The notes: generated by a model not told the origin, from the letters alone. A stretch of 60,069 nucleotides of DNA, filler included, from Asterionella formosa (GCA_002256025.1; 9 parts of 9 records of this genome joined end to end with filler, not necessarily neighbours in it); one strand, 5' to 3'. Numbered from the whole stretch's first letter, positions 1 through 12,849 are shown. Program-made: numbers and translations.

Positions 1-50
1 TATGTATGTACATGTGACGTGAAGTCGACGAAGCGAAGTATCTGCGTATA

Positions 51-275
51 GTACCTGGTACCAGGTACCAGGTACAACTCCGTACCTGGAGCAACTTCAT
101 GCCGTAAACAGGTAACAGGTACCCGGTACATCTGGTACCAGGTACCCTGGTGCTACATGGCAAGTGGACATCCATACCGGTAATCGAACATTTAGCCATG
201 TCCACGATCGACGTTGTACCAGGTAACTTCTGTGCACCAGGTGCTCCAAGTAGTGTACCTGGTACCAGGTACCGG
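51..275. repeat. GTACCTG/GTACCAG (GGTACC-rich) palindromic simple-repeat cluster
   Basis: Repeated GTACCTGGTACCAGGTAC-type units in both orientations. Confidence 0.75.
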
Positions 276-733
276 TAGATGCTCCATCTATGCACTGGCG
301 TGGCCCGCTGCTCAACGCCTTTCCCAACGATACTAAAATGTACTTGCTACCCTTGTACCGGTATTCATTCTACATACACCACAGGATAGGATTAAATTAA
401 CCATACCTTTTGCTGGAGACTGCTGGCTGCATACCGGTAATCCTGTGGATGGTGATAAGAATACAGCATTGTCTCACTCGTAGTAAATTGCAGGAAATTA
501 CTACGGAATTATACCGGTATACTGGTAGTTCATATGTTACATGTACTGGAATTATTTATGTAGCGCAACAAAGCAAACGCTAAAATACCTGTATACCGGT
601 ATGTCAAGCGAGGAAGATCCAACAACATCATCATCATTGCTTATTTGTTCATTGGATATTATCTAGAATCTCCATTTAGCCCAAATAAAAGGTTATCACT
701 CTTGCCTTTTTCATCCATTACCTTACGCGTATC

Positions 734-3700
734 ATGGCAGCAACTGTTTCCTATACCCCCGGGCCTCATGAGCAGGTGAGCGTAGAGAAATTGATTTAGA
801 AATGAATGAGAAGCGGACAGGACGCTCTGGGAAGGGAGGCTTCCAGAACAAACGAATGACATGAGTTGTCTGTACAGGTAGTTTGGCACTTCTCGGCGAT
901 TTTCGACGAAATGGATAGAAGCGAGTGTGCTAGGCTTGCATCTCCCTTTCTGAAATGAATCATTCTACACATGTGCTAACTTTGGTGTGCTTCACTCCCA
1001 TGTAGGCGTACTATCAGGGGTTGTTTCAAATGGCCGATTCGACCCGAAGCGGCAACATTACTGGTGGAGACGCAGTCTCCTTCTTCTCTCGATCCAAACT
1101 GCAAGTCGATACTCTGAAGAATATTTGGACAGTGGCCGATCAACCTGCCACTACCACTTTGGACCATAGAAAGTTTGCTGTCGCCATTCGTCTGATCCAG
1201 CTTGCTCAGAACGGTCAGAAGGCTCAAGGAGCAACGCTTGCTGCACCTCCAGGTGTGGCTCTTCGCCCAGCCTTTTTCGAAGGAATCACCGGTGTCGCCC
1301 TTCCAGCTCCTCCTGTAGAAACGCCAACTCTAGCCCATCCACCCACTCAGCAACAGCAGGTGCCTCCGGTTGCTGGACCACCTAGATCACCGATGCCACA
1401 GTATGCTCAACCCCAGCCCCCGCAACATGCACAGCCATCGCCGTCGCCATGTCAGCGAACACCCAAGCCACAACATGCAGCTTCACCATTGGCACACCAG
1501 CAGATGCAAGTACCGATTCCTCCTATGTCTGCTCCTGCACCCCCTGTTATGTCCACCGCATTGACGCCCCAGGATCCATACACATTGACGCCCCAAGAAC
1601 AACAGCGCTACGAGGCGCTTTTCCCTCAGTATCAAAAACCAGATGGATTCATTTATGGAACCGAAGCGGTTGCTCTTTTTTCGAAGTCTGGCTTGTCAAC
1701 AGAAAACTTGCGTGATATTTGGAACATGGTTGACATTGATCCTGTTGATAACAGACTGGACAAATTGGAGTTTGCAATGGCGATGCACTTGATTGTCTGC
1801 ATTTCTAAGAAAAATTTGCCATGCCCATCCAAATTGCCATACTCCTTGAAAGTCTTGAAACTTGCCGCTAGCGAGACTTCCTCAGCACCAGCACCGGAAC
1901 CACTACCAATTATGCCGACACTTAATCACTCGGTGCCACCTTCTCCTGTGAGGATGAGCGTCCCACCTCCACTTACCCGGACGCAAGTACAGACAATGGA
2001 CATTTCAGATGCGTTTGAAGGATTAAATGCTGGAAGTACTTTGCCCCCTATTGCTGGGTTCGGGGGCTTCGGTGGCACTCCATCGTATGTCCATGGTGCC
2101 CCGGAACCTACCCGAGCCCCCGTTGTTGAGACAGTGGATGATGAACCTTTGCCCTCACCCACTATGAGAGGAATGTCCACTTTTGAATCTGGTTCTGGAG
2201 CTTCTGCTGTCATCACTCCGCCGGAACCTCCCAAGACAACTCAACAACTTGCAGCGAACTACAACTTAGGCGATACTCACGCGGAGCTCGGCAAGCTCCA
2301 GGTGATTCTTCAAAAGCTCCAGGCTGAAAATATTTCGCTGAAGGCTCAAGTTGGCGCCATGACTGAAGAAGAGAAGGATGTACAAAGGCAGATTGGAGCT
2401 ACCGTTGAAGAAATTGCGAAACTCTCGAGTGACCTTACTATTCTTAGAGCTCAAGTTCTCTCCGCAAAGTCGAAACTTCTCGAATCCACTTCTGAATTAC
2501 AAGCAGGAAAGCAAAAGATAGGGTGAGTTCATCATTTAACAAGTGCTGAATTTTGTTTTTATATTCCCATCTCACAATTCCTTTCTCTTTCAAGAGTTCT
2601 GACTGATTTGATCTCCGAAACGAGGGCTACAAAAGATGCCATATTAACTGCTGATCATGATATCAACGACGCGATATCACACCCAGTGTCAAGCGTTGCA
2701 CCTGTTTCATCGAACAACTACGAGCAAAATTTGTTCGGATATGATTTGGCTCCAGCACCAATGGCTGATTCTGGCGGTAGTTTTGGATCTGGACCACCAG
2801 CTCCTGCCAGTTATGAGGAGCCAGCGGATATGTGGGGTGCTCCGGGTCAAACTTCAACGCCAAGATCTGCCCCTTTTATGCCATCCATTCCAGCGCCACC
2901 ATTTGAAAGTGGGACGACCTTGTCCCAAGTGCCAAGTTACGAAGAGGATGGCTTAATGGGAGGTCTGTTGGGAAGTGCTTCTGGAAGCCTTGCACCCACC
3001 CCAAATAACTATAATGTCAGCGCTCCTCCGGTTACGACGACCCTTTCCAGTGAAGACGTTGGAACTTTGAAGAGTCAAGCCTTGGCTGCTGAACATGCCG
3101 TTCGTCAATCTGAAGAAATGTACCTCACTCTCCATAACGAAGCGGAGAAGCTACGACAATCGGCTGATGCGGCAGAAGCCGAAGCCCAGGCCTTACAGGA
3201 GAAGGCGTCGAAACTGGGTCGTGGACTTGGTGGCAAGAAGAAGAAGGCCATAAAGGAAGCAGAAGTCGCCTCGGCCGATGCTGCCGAAAAGCGCAAACAT
3301 TTCATGGAGTTACAAGGACAGGCCGATAACGCTGAACGTAATATTCCTGAGATGAAACGAAAAGCTGAGCAATTACGTCAACAGTTTGAAGAAGCCGAAT
3401 TAGAATTCGCCTCTGCCGAATCAGTCAAGTGGAGTCAACCTTCGGTTCCCGCTCCCTCGGGTGGAAATGCACTTGAGGTCCCGGTTCACAAATCCTCTGG
3501 AGGTTACCCTAACTATGGGTTGGACTCGAGCACCGCGGCTCACGCGTTTGGAAAAGCAGTTACTGGTTTCGGCAACGGGATGCAAATAACAGACTACAGT
3601 GGAGGGTTTGGGGCACCACCACCAAATTATGGTGGTGGATTCGGAGCTGGCCTGATGCCTGAGGTGTCTTCTGGTGGAGGTGGTATCCCAACACCTCCTC

Positions 3701-3771
3701 GAGTCGCCTCTCCAGCACATGATCCATACGGTAGCCTTGAGTCCAGCGATCCTTACAGCAATCCTTTCTGA
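734..3771 (+). CDS. EH-domain (Eps15/Ede1/Pan1-like) endocytic adaptor; 3 exons 734-775, 1006-2522, 2595-3771
   Basis: Two EH domains (LKNIWTVAD...FAVAIRLI; LRDIWNMVD...EFAMAMHLI), Pro-rich linkers, coiled coils and a C-terminal NPF. Introns 776-1005 (GTGAGC...GCTAAC...TAG) and 2523-2594 (GTGAGT...AAG) join the ORFs in frame (PHEQ|AYYQGLF; KIG|VLTDL). Confidence 0.88.
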
Positions 3772-3961
3772 GCTGTTCTGGGTAATTTCTTTGAAACTGG
3801 CTTTTTCTTTCCTTTTTGAAATTATATTAGAGCCTATTAGCTTACTATACTAAAGTTTTAGTACATCCAGCTTCGTTTTCTTGCTGCTTCATCTTCATCA
3901 CTAACAAGCAACACACAGTTGATTTCTTGAAAGAAACAAAAATTCCAACGTTTGCGATTGT

Positions 3962-6232
3962 CTACCGATCTAAAACTGCATAAATCTCTTTTGCTATGGC
4001 CTTCGCCTTGGCACCATGAGGTGAAGCTGCCATTTCCACCCTCCCAATCATACCAAGCTCGATTGCAGCTGCCTTGGCTTCTAGTCCTATCATCAGGACT
4101 GTTCCCAGCGCTACCAAGACGCGAATCATGGCTTCTCCGTCGTACAACTTGGCCTCCAGGGCAGAATTGAGTTGCGAGACGAGGTTTCGCTGTGCTGAGA
4201 CATTGGGTACGTCTGCGTGGGAGTTCAAGTATGATGCAAGATTAAAAAACACTGTCGCTATCGATAGTCGAATATTCTTGTTTCCCGAGTTCAGGCACGT
4301 TTCAGTGTATTGGAGGATCTTATCCATATTTGCAGCTGCAGCTTCCAACGCACCCGATCCTCCCTTGAAGCAGTTGGCAACCAATCGAAGCGTCAACATT
4401 GGGACAGCAACGGCTGTTGTTCCTTCCAATTCTCTCTCGCATTGTTTGAATGACAATGTCAACATGGTATCCCAGTAAGGGAAATTCTTTGCAGCATCTG
4501 GGTGCAGGACAGCTACCCTGGCTAAATCGAGAGCAGGAAATGCATCAGTTGGCGCCCAGGAAACCAAAATATCTTTGATAGCTCGCAGTCCTTCTATGGA
4601 CACATTACTAGAGTGGTATCGATTGGTGACCATTAGTGTCCTCATTAAAGACTGAATTGCTTCAAAATCCTGGTCCGATAGCTTGCCATTTTCTTTAAGT
4701 TTGGTGGCCATCTTGTCGAAGGACGTGGCCTTTGTCAATTCAAACGACTTGTAGAATCGAATGGGCAAGTGTTCGTACGTAACCGGAGCGACCACAGTGC
4801 TAATTGCATTGATCCCGATTGTGGGTGCCGATTGTCCAACACGCTGTTGAATATAGTTCCCGATCTGGGCCAAGTAATGCTGAGGCAAGACGTGTGCGTC
4901 GATAAATCGCTGCGCCGCCACAAATGGATTCTCACCAATGTTGTATCCAATTTTCAAATTAGCAACTCCACCGCCAGCTTGGTCAACTTCAATGGGGAAA
5001 ACATGATCATACTTGATTCCATCTATCGTGCCAGAATCCTCAGACGACCCGAGCACTTCGCCGACTTCAATCCATGTTCGCGACACCATACTCCATTGTG
5101 AGGCAATAGCCTTGCCTTGTTTTTGAAAGAGTTGGACTTGCCCTTCCGACTTGCCGTGTTGAAGAGCATTGAGCTCCCATTTTGGCAGTTGAGCTATTTC
5201 GTCTTCAGTCGGTCCCGTCGATTGCTTGTCAAGGGCGGCTACAAGCGAGCTGGTAAATTCCTCCCGAACATCCTTCGAGGCCATGCGATCACTCGATTGT
5301 GTAAAAACTCTCAATGTTCCGTCCTGACAACAAGTGGCCAAGTCATTTTCTGGCAACGAAACAACATTCCACACTGAAGTAGCATGGCGAATGATTTGGT
5401 AGTCCGCTCCGCTCCACACAATGACATGCCCATCTTCGGCAGAAGCCGCCAACATTTCGCCAACCTTGGTAATGGATAGCAGCATCGGTATATCTTGAGC
5501 AACGAACGATAACGTCGTTAGGCATTCACCTGTATCGATCGATCGTAGCTTAACGGTTCCGTCATTGGAAGACGAGGCCAACATCCCATTAGCAGTCATG
5601 CAGAGAGCACGAATGGGCCCGTCATGATCGTTTGCAACTTGGCTTATCATTCGCTTCTCTCCCGTCTTTATATTTACGCTCCAAATTCGAATGGTGTGAT
5701 TTGAAATGGAGTTATTCTGAGCAATACCAGCGGAGCCAGTGGCCAGGGATAGAATGGAACCTTCTCTGGAAATTCCCGCCACACAAACAGTGTTTTCATG
5801 GCCCTCCAGATTCGCCACCATGGCGTGCGTGGTAATGTCCCAAACTTTCGCTGTTCCGTCCCAAGATCCGCTGATGAGATAGTCTCCCCCCGCCCAGGAT
5901 AGACTCGTTGCTGCCTTGTCGTGTCCGGTCAATTCCGCGAGAAGTTGATGGGAATGCGAAAAAATGCGAACGACACCATCCCTGCATCCCGTCACGTAAA
6001 CCTTTTCATTGGAGAGTATCGCCGTCACGTCATGATCATGCTGGTATTCAATAGCCAAGATCTCTCCAGTAGGGACCGCGAACTCCCATAGAGATCCTCC
6101 TTGGGTTCCGGCAACCAAGCGGTAGGCCATCGAATCCGACGACGATGGCAACACACAGCAGCAGCGGATTGCTCGGCCGTCGCTGGAAAACGAGTGCGAC
6201 AGTTCCCAGTCGGCTTGCATCGAATGTAGCAT
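3962..6232 (-). CDS. PLAA: Phospholipase A2-activating protein / Doa1 / Ufd3 (WD40-PFU-PUL)
   Basis: WD40 repeats (SGSWDGTAKVWD), PFU signature (YDHVFPIEV...LKIGYNIGENPFVAAQRFI), PUL (FPALDLARV). ATG at 6232 or 6220. Confidence 0.93.
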   Translation of the reverse strand: MLHSMQADWELSHSFSSDGRAIRCCCVLPSSSDSMAYRLVAGTQGGSLWEFAVPTGEILAIEYQHDHDVTAILSNEKVYVTGCRDGVVRIFSHSHQLLAELTGHDKAATSLSWAGGDYLISGSWDGTAKVWDITTHAMVANLEGHENTVCVAGISREGSILSLATGSAGIAQNNSISNHTIRIWSVNIKTGEKRMISQVANDHDGPIRALCMTANGMLASSSNDGTVKLRSIDTGECLTTLSFVAQDIPMLLSITKVGEMLAASAEDGHVIVWSGADYQIIRHATSVWNVVSLPENDLATCCQDGTLRVFTQSSDRMASKDVREEFTSSLVAALDKQSTGPTEDEIAQLPKWELNALQHGKSEGQVQLFQKQGKAIASQWSMVSRTWIEVGEVLGSSEDSGTIDGIKYDHVFPIEVDQAGGGVANLKIGYNIGENPFVAAQRFIDAHVLPQHYLAQIGNYIQQRVGQSAPTIGINAISTVVAPVTYEHLPIRFYKSFELTKATSFDKMATKLKENGKLSDQDFEAIQSLMRTLMVTNRYHSSNVSIEGLRAIKDILVSWAPTDAFPALDLARVAVLHPDAAKNFPYWDTMLTLSFKQCERELEGTTAVAVPMLTLRLVANCFKGGSGALEAAAANMDKILQYTETCLNSGNKNIRLSIATVFFNLASYLNSHADVPNVSAQRNLVSQLNSALEAKLYDGEAMIRVLVALGTVLMIGLEAKAAAIELGMIGRVEMAASPHGAKAKAIAKEIYAVLDR

Positions 6233-6599
6233 TTGTGGCACACTTGTCAAGGAGTCGTGACGACCAACCGATCGTCAAGAATGTGAATGGTGCTGGGCAG
6301 TTGATGGAGTTATAAAGTAGTACAACCAAAATAATAATCGTTCTTAATTACAATAATTTATTCTCTAGTAATACCTTTGTCTCTCTATAGATTAACTGAT
6401 AATAAATAGCTAAGTACCGATAGACCAACTCGTCCCTCACATTACCGCTATTAGTCTACGACCACACAATTAACAATGATGACCAACGAGCGAACTGTTT
6501 CGAAAGATCATCTTAATTTGGGCGGCTCGGCCGAGGCAACCAATTTTAAAAGTTCATATCTGCCAACAGGCAGATACAAAACAGTACCAGGTACCTGGT

Positions 6600-6699
6600 N
6601 NNNNNNNNNNNNNNNNNNNNNNNNNNNNNNNNNNNNNNNNNNNTTAATTAATTAANNNNNNNNNNNNNNNNNNNNNNNNNNNNNNNNNNNNNNNNNNNN
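6600..6699. other. Artificial contig spacer (N44-TTAATTAATTAA-N44); also at 13296, 19991, 26678, 33362, 40046, 46723 and 53397
   Basis: Identical 100-nt linker with stops in all six frames; contig lengths fall from 6599 to 6573. Confidence 0.99.
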
Positions 6700-7641
6700 A
6701 TCGTGAAGGAGACTCGGAACGGTCGCGATACCCGCTTGTCATTCCGATGCTGCTTCTGTCGGGGGATCGCATGATTTTAATCCAGTTCTGCTTACGCAAT
6801 GCTGCCTCCTGATACTGCTGTTTGATTGATATTCGCGTTAAGCTATGATTGAATTCGCTGCAAAGGGCACCTCCGAACCAACAGCTCGATCTCGTCAGCG
6901 AAAAACCAGTGTTTTTGATTTGCAAAGTGGTACCGGTAGATGCAACATATATTCGATACAAAAAAGGAATGATAAATTTAGATACCGGAAGAAAAGGCAA
7001 AATCGCCAACCTGTTATCCTGTGATATCTATGAAATTGAACTCGTCGAGGATGCATACTGGTATACCGGTAGCTGGTAGTATACAAAAAATACTATGCAT
7101 TACCGTAACGGATACATTGAATTGCCCTTTCGATTTGTATTCCTTGTTGGGAGCCAATATCCTCTATGGTGTACTTTCATGATATCCTTGTGTACAAATA
7201 TACTTTTATTATATGGAAAATAGAGCGACTCCCGATTTGTAACTGTACATTAACACTGCTTAAACCAATGAGGATCCTGTGATCTCTAGATTCTACACAG
7301 GTCCAGTATGCTTGGCTTCTGCATTGTTGGCAACGGACCCATTTGCATAAAATCAAAACTCAAATCGGAACCTCATTATACACCAAGAAGTTGACAAATG
7401 TCGCGCTTTTTCTTATTGCGATCCAGTACTGCCCTGGAATGACCGGTCAAGATCGTTCTCGCGCCATTCGTTTTCATATTATTCTGCTATAAAAATACTG
7501 TAAATTTCCGTTTAGACATTCCTCAGACTACATCTAGTCTTCGGACACCTGTCTACATCAAATGCCAAACAGACACATTCTGACACTCACCGGCCGATTT
7601 ATCAGATTCTGCTGCTGGTACCTCCTGGTACCAGGGTCCCT

Positions 7642-7731
7642 GCAAGTTGCGGTAATTTTGCTGAAACTAAAGATTTAGCTATCTTTATCAATGATTCAAA
7701 TGTTAGTTTAAGCAAAATGACCGCAACTTGC
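7642..7731. mobile_element. ~90-bp MITE-like element with 21-bp inverted repeats
   Basis: GCAAGTTGCGGTAATTTTGCT (7642-7662) vs AGCAAAATGACCGCAACTTGC (7711-7731), 1 mismatch; related copies at 59792-59859 and ~55912-56000. Confidence 0.7.
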
Positions 7732-8778
7732 TGGCACCCGGTACCAGCGCTAGCGAATTCAAGAGATAAGCATAAGCTCTGTCAGTCAACCCCCCGTTTT
7801 CCTCCCGAATTTGACTTTATCGAGAATTTGGGGGTAGGTATACCGGTAGTCAAAATTGAAACTCTATAAAAAATATTGAATAAGCAATTCCCGCTCCAGC
7901 TATCATCTTGCCATTTGGGTACATATTAGTAATTTTTAGGCTCTAAGTTATATTTATTTTAAGGGGCAATATGGGGCACATCGGATTTTTCGGCATTAAA
8001 ACTGCCGATTTTAGCATGACAACAGAATAACGATAATATTCAAAGAAATGGTACAACAAGCGTAAAACACACGAGAATGATTGTAACAACATGCAACATG
8101 CCAAAAGAGAAATAGAAAAAACTGTTTTGGGTTTGAAATGAAGTAAAGAATAGCAGTTTTAATGGAAACATATGCATTGTGACATTGTAGTACTTACACA
8201 GGCAATTGAATTTCCATCACCACACAATCAAAGACCGAAATAAGAAGGAAAGAAGCTGAACCCAATTTAGACCTGCATCGTTATGTAGCGTAGATGATCT
8301 GGTTGCTACAACCATACACATCGCTGTAGTAGCCTGACACAAGTTGCAGTCCTTCCGCCCACAGTCGTTCCTCCTACCAAACAACAACCCTGATCATAAT
8401 TCCATCTCAATCCATTCTGATTGAGTATGATCACCAGGCTGCTCCAGCACAAACGGGAATCCCTCTAGCTGAATATACATACTAGTAGCTTGTGATACAA
8501 ACTCGAAGTAGAAATGTAGCAAAGCGCATTAGTACAAGAAAGCATTGCTTGGCGGCAATATTGACATCATGGTAAACGACTATACAAATCAACAAATACG
8601 ATCAAGAACGGCATAATACCACATCTTCAAAGAGTATTCTGATTCCGACATTTTGGAGGCCGTTGAAAAGGCCAATATTGTCGAATTTTTGGACGATGAT
8701 TGTTCAACGTTGGCAGGGATTGAAGAAGAATTCAAAAACATAGGTATACTTTGTCATTTATCCAAAAAGTTATCTTTC

Positions 8779-8898
8779 GGCGAGAAAGTGCAAAAAGGAG
8801 CTTCGATTTTTTACTAGGCCGAATAAACCGTTTAGCCAAGTAAAATTCACTATTTTCAGCATAGAAAAAACCGAAGTTCTTTTCTGGAATTTCTCGCC
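8779..8898. repeat. Imperfect ~34-bp inverted repeat; dispersed copy of the element at 56388-56501
   Basis: 8770-8905 aligns by eye to the reverse complement of 56378-56515. Confidence 0.8.
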
Positions 8899-8989
8899 AG
8901 ATCCTATATCCTGACGATATGTAGCATTAACCTTTACCCCTACTTTGATCAATGACTGTACCCTGATACCAGTTTAAATATCTTTGAGC

Positions 8990-10005
8990 AACTTTGAATG
9001 ACTTTGAGCCGCTTAAAGTGTATACATAGATTTTTTCTAATTTTCCAGTTATGACCATTTTTAGAACGACAAAGCTGTCACTGATGTTGTGCCAGATACA
9101 ACATATCTAGTTGTCGATTAGGTCTTATGCTTTAGATATAATCAGATAAATGTGTCGGAAAGTAGCAATTGGCCCAAAAGTTGCAAAAACAAGATTATAC
9201 CATTCCGCTGGCATCTCCCGGAAATACACATATAAATGTGTAGGAAACTTAATATCTAATATATATTTAGTTGCGTTTAACCGCCATGGACCATGTACCA
9301 TAGCAGAAAATGAATCAACTAGTCACTCTTAGTAAATGCATGCAACGTTTCTTGAAGGCCAAAAAATGGAGCCATATTTTTATGGCAAAGACCGTAAATC
9401 ACAGTAGAAATTGATCCCGACACACCACAAAATGAAGCAAATCGTAGTCATCTCATTAACAATGATGAAAGCTACAGCAATAATACAGCCTCAACCATCC
9501 AAAAAGAACAAGGTGGTACCTAATTCTTTGGATAAGACTGTAGTATCACTTATTTTAGAAAATATAGTAATGGAATTAGAAACTTTGAAAGGCAAAAAAC
9601 AATGGCAAACTACCATATGGTGCAATATCGAATATTGTTGCAACGAAGGTGGCTACACTGGCTTAGTAGCTAACAAAACCTATGGTCCAGTACAGAATTT
9701 AAATCAGGCGGGAAAGGCAACTAATTTACTACTTCAATTACCTGCTATTATGAAACTAAATGATTCACAGTCTTTGGCAGGACATACCTCATCATTTTCT
9801 ACCCTGATGACAAATTCAAGTTTCAATATCCAACTCACGAAATGCAAGAGAGACTTATTCACCCAAAAGGAAAGGCGCCATGCTGCATTTGCTGTTGAAA
9901 AGGAAGGCATTGTTGATCTGTTGTTGAAAGCTTGCGATGAATCTTTGCCCATATCGCTACAAACCAAAAAGCTGTTGCTGAACAAGGTTGGGTCCATTGA
10001 ATTAC
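8990..10005 (+). mobile_element. Degenerate 5' part of a pogo-like DNA transposon
   Basis: Reverse-complement match to ~54860-55910. An alternative frame reads NGKLPYGAIS, matching NGNLPYGAIS at the transposase N-terminus at 43781-44068. Confidence 0.72.
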
Positions 10006-10630
10006 CGGTACACTTGAACGATGAGGATACAGCATACCAGTATTTATTTATTCCGACACTTATACAGTACCAGGTACCAATAGGTCTTTGGTGGTGCAAT
10101 GTGGTGGTGCAGCGACGATCAGCACAGAGTCATTTTGAAATATTATTGTTGCACATGTGCACCTATTCAATATTCCTCTCCAACATTGCATTATGCACAT
10201 CAGCACAGAAATTAAAACAACAAGGTCACCAAATGTGATGGTTAAAGTCGGTCACTGGTTGTTGCTATAGTTATCATGCTTTTTCTTTGATTTTACTAAC
10301 CAATTAACTTTACAATCAACCATTGCTACATCCGCAGCCTTTGGAGAATTTTGAGTGGAGGAACTGGTGATGGAGGCTGTGTGAAGTGTCTCTGTTGCCA
10401 TCACAATGATTCAGAAAGCATGTGATGATTGGCTTGAAAAATTTTACACCAAAGAGTCGTACCTTTTCAGTCACATCTGAGTCGAGGAGACGCTCCATTT
10501 TGCGTGCAAGATTCATAGAAGCAGCATATGTTATTCCAATTGTAATAACAGTGTTAGTAGAACTATTTTCCATTGAATCTTGATTCATTGTAGTAGCAGT
10601 AATACCGATACTATAATTACAGGTACCAGT

Positions 10631-11028
10631 TAAAAAATGTAAGCCACCGTTATTTTACTCCATCTTCCGACTGAAAAGATTGAGGTAATTTATCGATCGA
10701 AACCTGATGCAAGTACAAAGAGTATGTTAGACGAATCACTCAACTCAACGAATTAGCAATCAATTTTGATTCATCGTAAAGAGCCATGAAGATCTAATTT
10801 TTTCAAAAGTCATTAAGATTGTTGCATAGCGGTGGCTTACAGTGCATATTTTTCTATTCATACATGAAAATATTTTCCCCCAAACAGTGATTATTTTTAC
10901 TCCGTTTATACTACAGAAATTGTTTTCGCATTAATTTACCTGTTAGGCGTGTTACAGTACTAGCGGTATGCTTTTTGCACTTGCATCATCAGTTCAAAAG
11001 TCGTTGTAGCGGTAGGTTACAGTTTTTA
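10631..11028. repeat. MITE-like segment with TGTAAGCCACCG inverted motifs
   Basis: TAAAAAATGTAAGCCACCGTTA at 10631 vs TAGCGGTAGGTTACAGTTTTTA ending ~11028; internal inverted copy TAGCGGTGGCTTACA at ~10827. Confidence 0.5.
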
Positions 11029-12502
11029 AGTATCTAACTAGAAGTAGCAGTATTTGTTGAAGATATGAGCTGATTTATTGATTCTTATGTACAACTCATT
11101 TCCTAAGTTGACATCAAAGTATACAATAGGTGTTAGTCGAGTTCTCTCATTATTGAGTTCTGATATATTTGATGTAACCCTAACCCTATATATATCTGTA
11201 TCGATGTGTGGCATGTACTTGAATAATAGTATAAGAACCTCGTCCACGATCATCCAAAGTAGTAGGATTATCCAATAGTATTAAAATCTCGTCACCCACT
11301 TTGTAATCATAAGATCGACGACGGAAATCAACACAACGTAAACGTTTGTCAATTATCACTTGTCGACGTTGATGTAGTATCAATTGTAAATCTGTAATCA
11401 AAGGAATATTTAATATCATATCACGTTGAAAAACCCATGCGCCTGGTGAAATACGTAATATACTATGAATAGTAGCTCGAGCTGCATAAGATGCAGTTGC
11501 AAAACACGTATCAACAATATTTTGGGCTTGAAATTCATTCATTGGAGAATGAGCCTTTAATACAACTCGTAGACTATTACTGATAGATTGATGTAAACGT
11601 TCACAGATAGCATTTGCTTGTGGATTCTTGACTGTAGCAGTCACATCTTTAATTCCATTCAACAAAAACATGTGTAAGAAAGGAGCACCAGTAAATTCAC
11701 CTCCATTGTCATATATACAACGTTCTAGATGGGGATATCTGGCTAACCAATCATTTTCAAATTTCATTGCAATATATTCTGATGTTTTGTTATTGATACA
11801 TGAAATTTTTGCCAAATTGGTAACTGTATCAATACAAGGTAGAGCACGAAATTCAATTGCTTGAGTAGCCAGCCACTATTATCTTCCATGGACCAATTAG
11901 ATCTACTGAGACTTCTGACCATGGTAATAACAATGCATTCCTGGGTGGAAGTTCACCAAAACCAGTACCAGGTAATTTTGTACGCTGACATGCTTCACAT
12001 ACTCTTACAATATGTTCCACTCTTGCTTTCAATGTAGGGTGATAAAAATGTGTAGCAATTGTAGCATTTAATCTTGTCATAATAACATGAGCTAACATCT
12101 GATGACACCAATTAATAATAGGATCCAATAATGATGTAGGAATAGCAATACGTCAAGTATCTCCTGGATTCTTCACAAAACATATTAAAAATATATCATG
12201 AAAATTGATAGAAGGAAATTTTAACGGATGTGTTTGTTGATTGAGAATCAATTTTATATCCAGCAATTGTCTATCATGAATTAAATTATAATCCAGAGGA
12301 TATTGAATATTGTCTGTCAACATTGGATGATTAAGGAAACAGGTAGTAAGCAAAGGTTCTTCATCTAATTCAATTGAAAAGGTAAAAATAGATGTTGATG
12401 CTGGAGATTTCGGTCCCATATCATCCCCCACCAAAGACTCAAGCCTCATGAGGCGAGAGATAGAATCTGCAATAGCATTGTCAGTCCCTTTCACATAGTG
12501 AA
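11029..12502 (-). mobile_element. Ty3/Gypsy fragment: RNase H end, integrase (zinc finger + rve core) fused to a partial LTR
   Basis: HQMLAH...CEAC zinc finger, VSVDLIGPW, IYDNGGEF, NPQANAICERLH; frameshifts and stops. 11029-11210 matches the LTR at 16107-16301. Confidence 0.92.
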
Positions 12503-12849
12503 TTCTCTTGATGGTAGATAGAGGTTTCTTTCAAGTGCTGCATTGCTGCAGAAACACCTGTAGGTAGGCATTGGGATGTTGGCTCCCAACTATAGGGTAT
12601 CTGATTCAGTGGTCCAAGAGTTAATTTTGTCATTGGGGTTGGTTCTAGGTTCACCATGATACATATATTGATGCTCTGTGCAAGCCAATCAACAGGATAT
12701 TCAATTGCTACTACATGAACATGTCTCCAAAACTTAAATATTAGCTTGCAATGTACTTATTGAAAATGCAATGAAAGATTACCTATCAAATTATCACTGT
12801 ATACAAACAAAGACCTTCAGCTAATCCACAAGACAAGTGTAGGAAAAGC

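Noticed and set aside
97..327. Short ORFs with VPGT/YLVP/TWYQ peptides (also 14222-14759)
   Set aside because: Translations of the GGTACC simple repeat.
4074..5987. Antisense and alternative-frame ORFs within PLAA and other long genes
   Set aside because: Shadow ORFs of real coding sequence.
6600..6699. Regularly spaced TTAATTAATTAA palindromes and ORFs ending in X...LIN
   Set aside because: Artificial concatenation linkers; cross-spacer gene neighbourhoods are meaningless.
6700..7086. Possible gene start at the contig edge (MRSPDRSS...)
   Set aside because: Too short and with no recognisable motif.
9411..10238. 275-aa ORF as a host gene
   Set aside because: It drifts across frames of a decayed transposase copy; the second copy at ~55 kb does not keep the ORF.
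10316..10588. 90-aa Cys/His ORF
   Set aside because: Possibly a TE C-terminal remnant, but the family cannot be supported from sequence alone.
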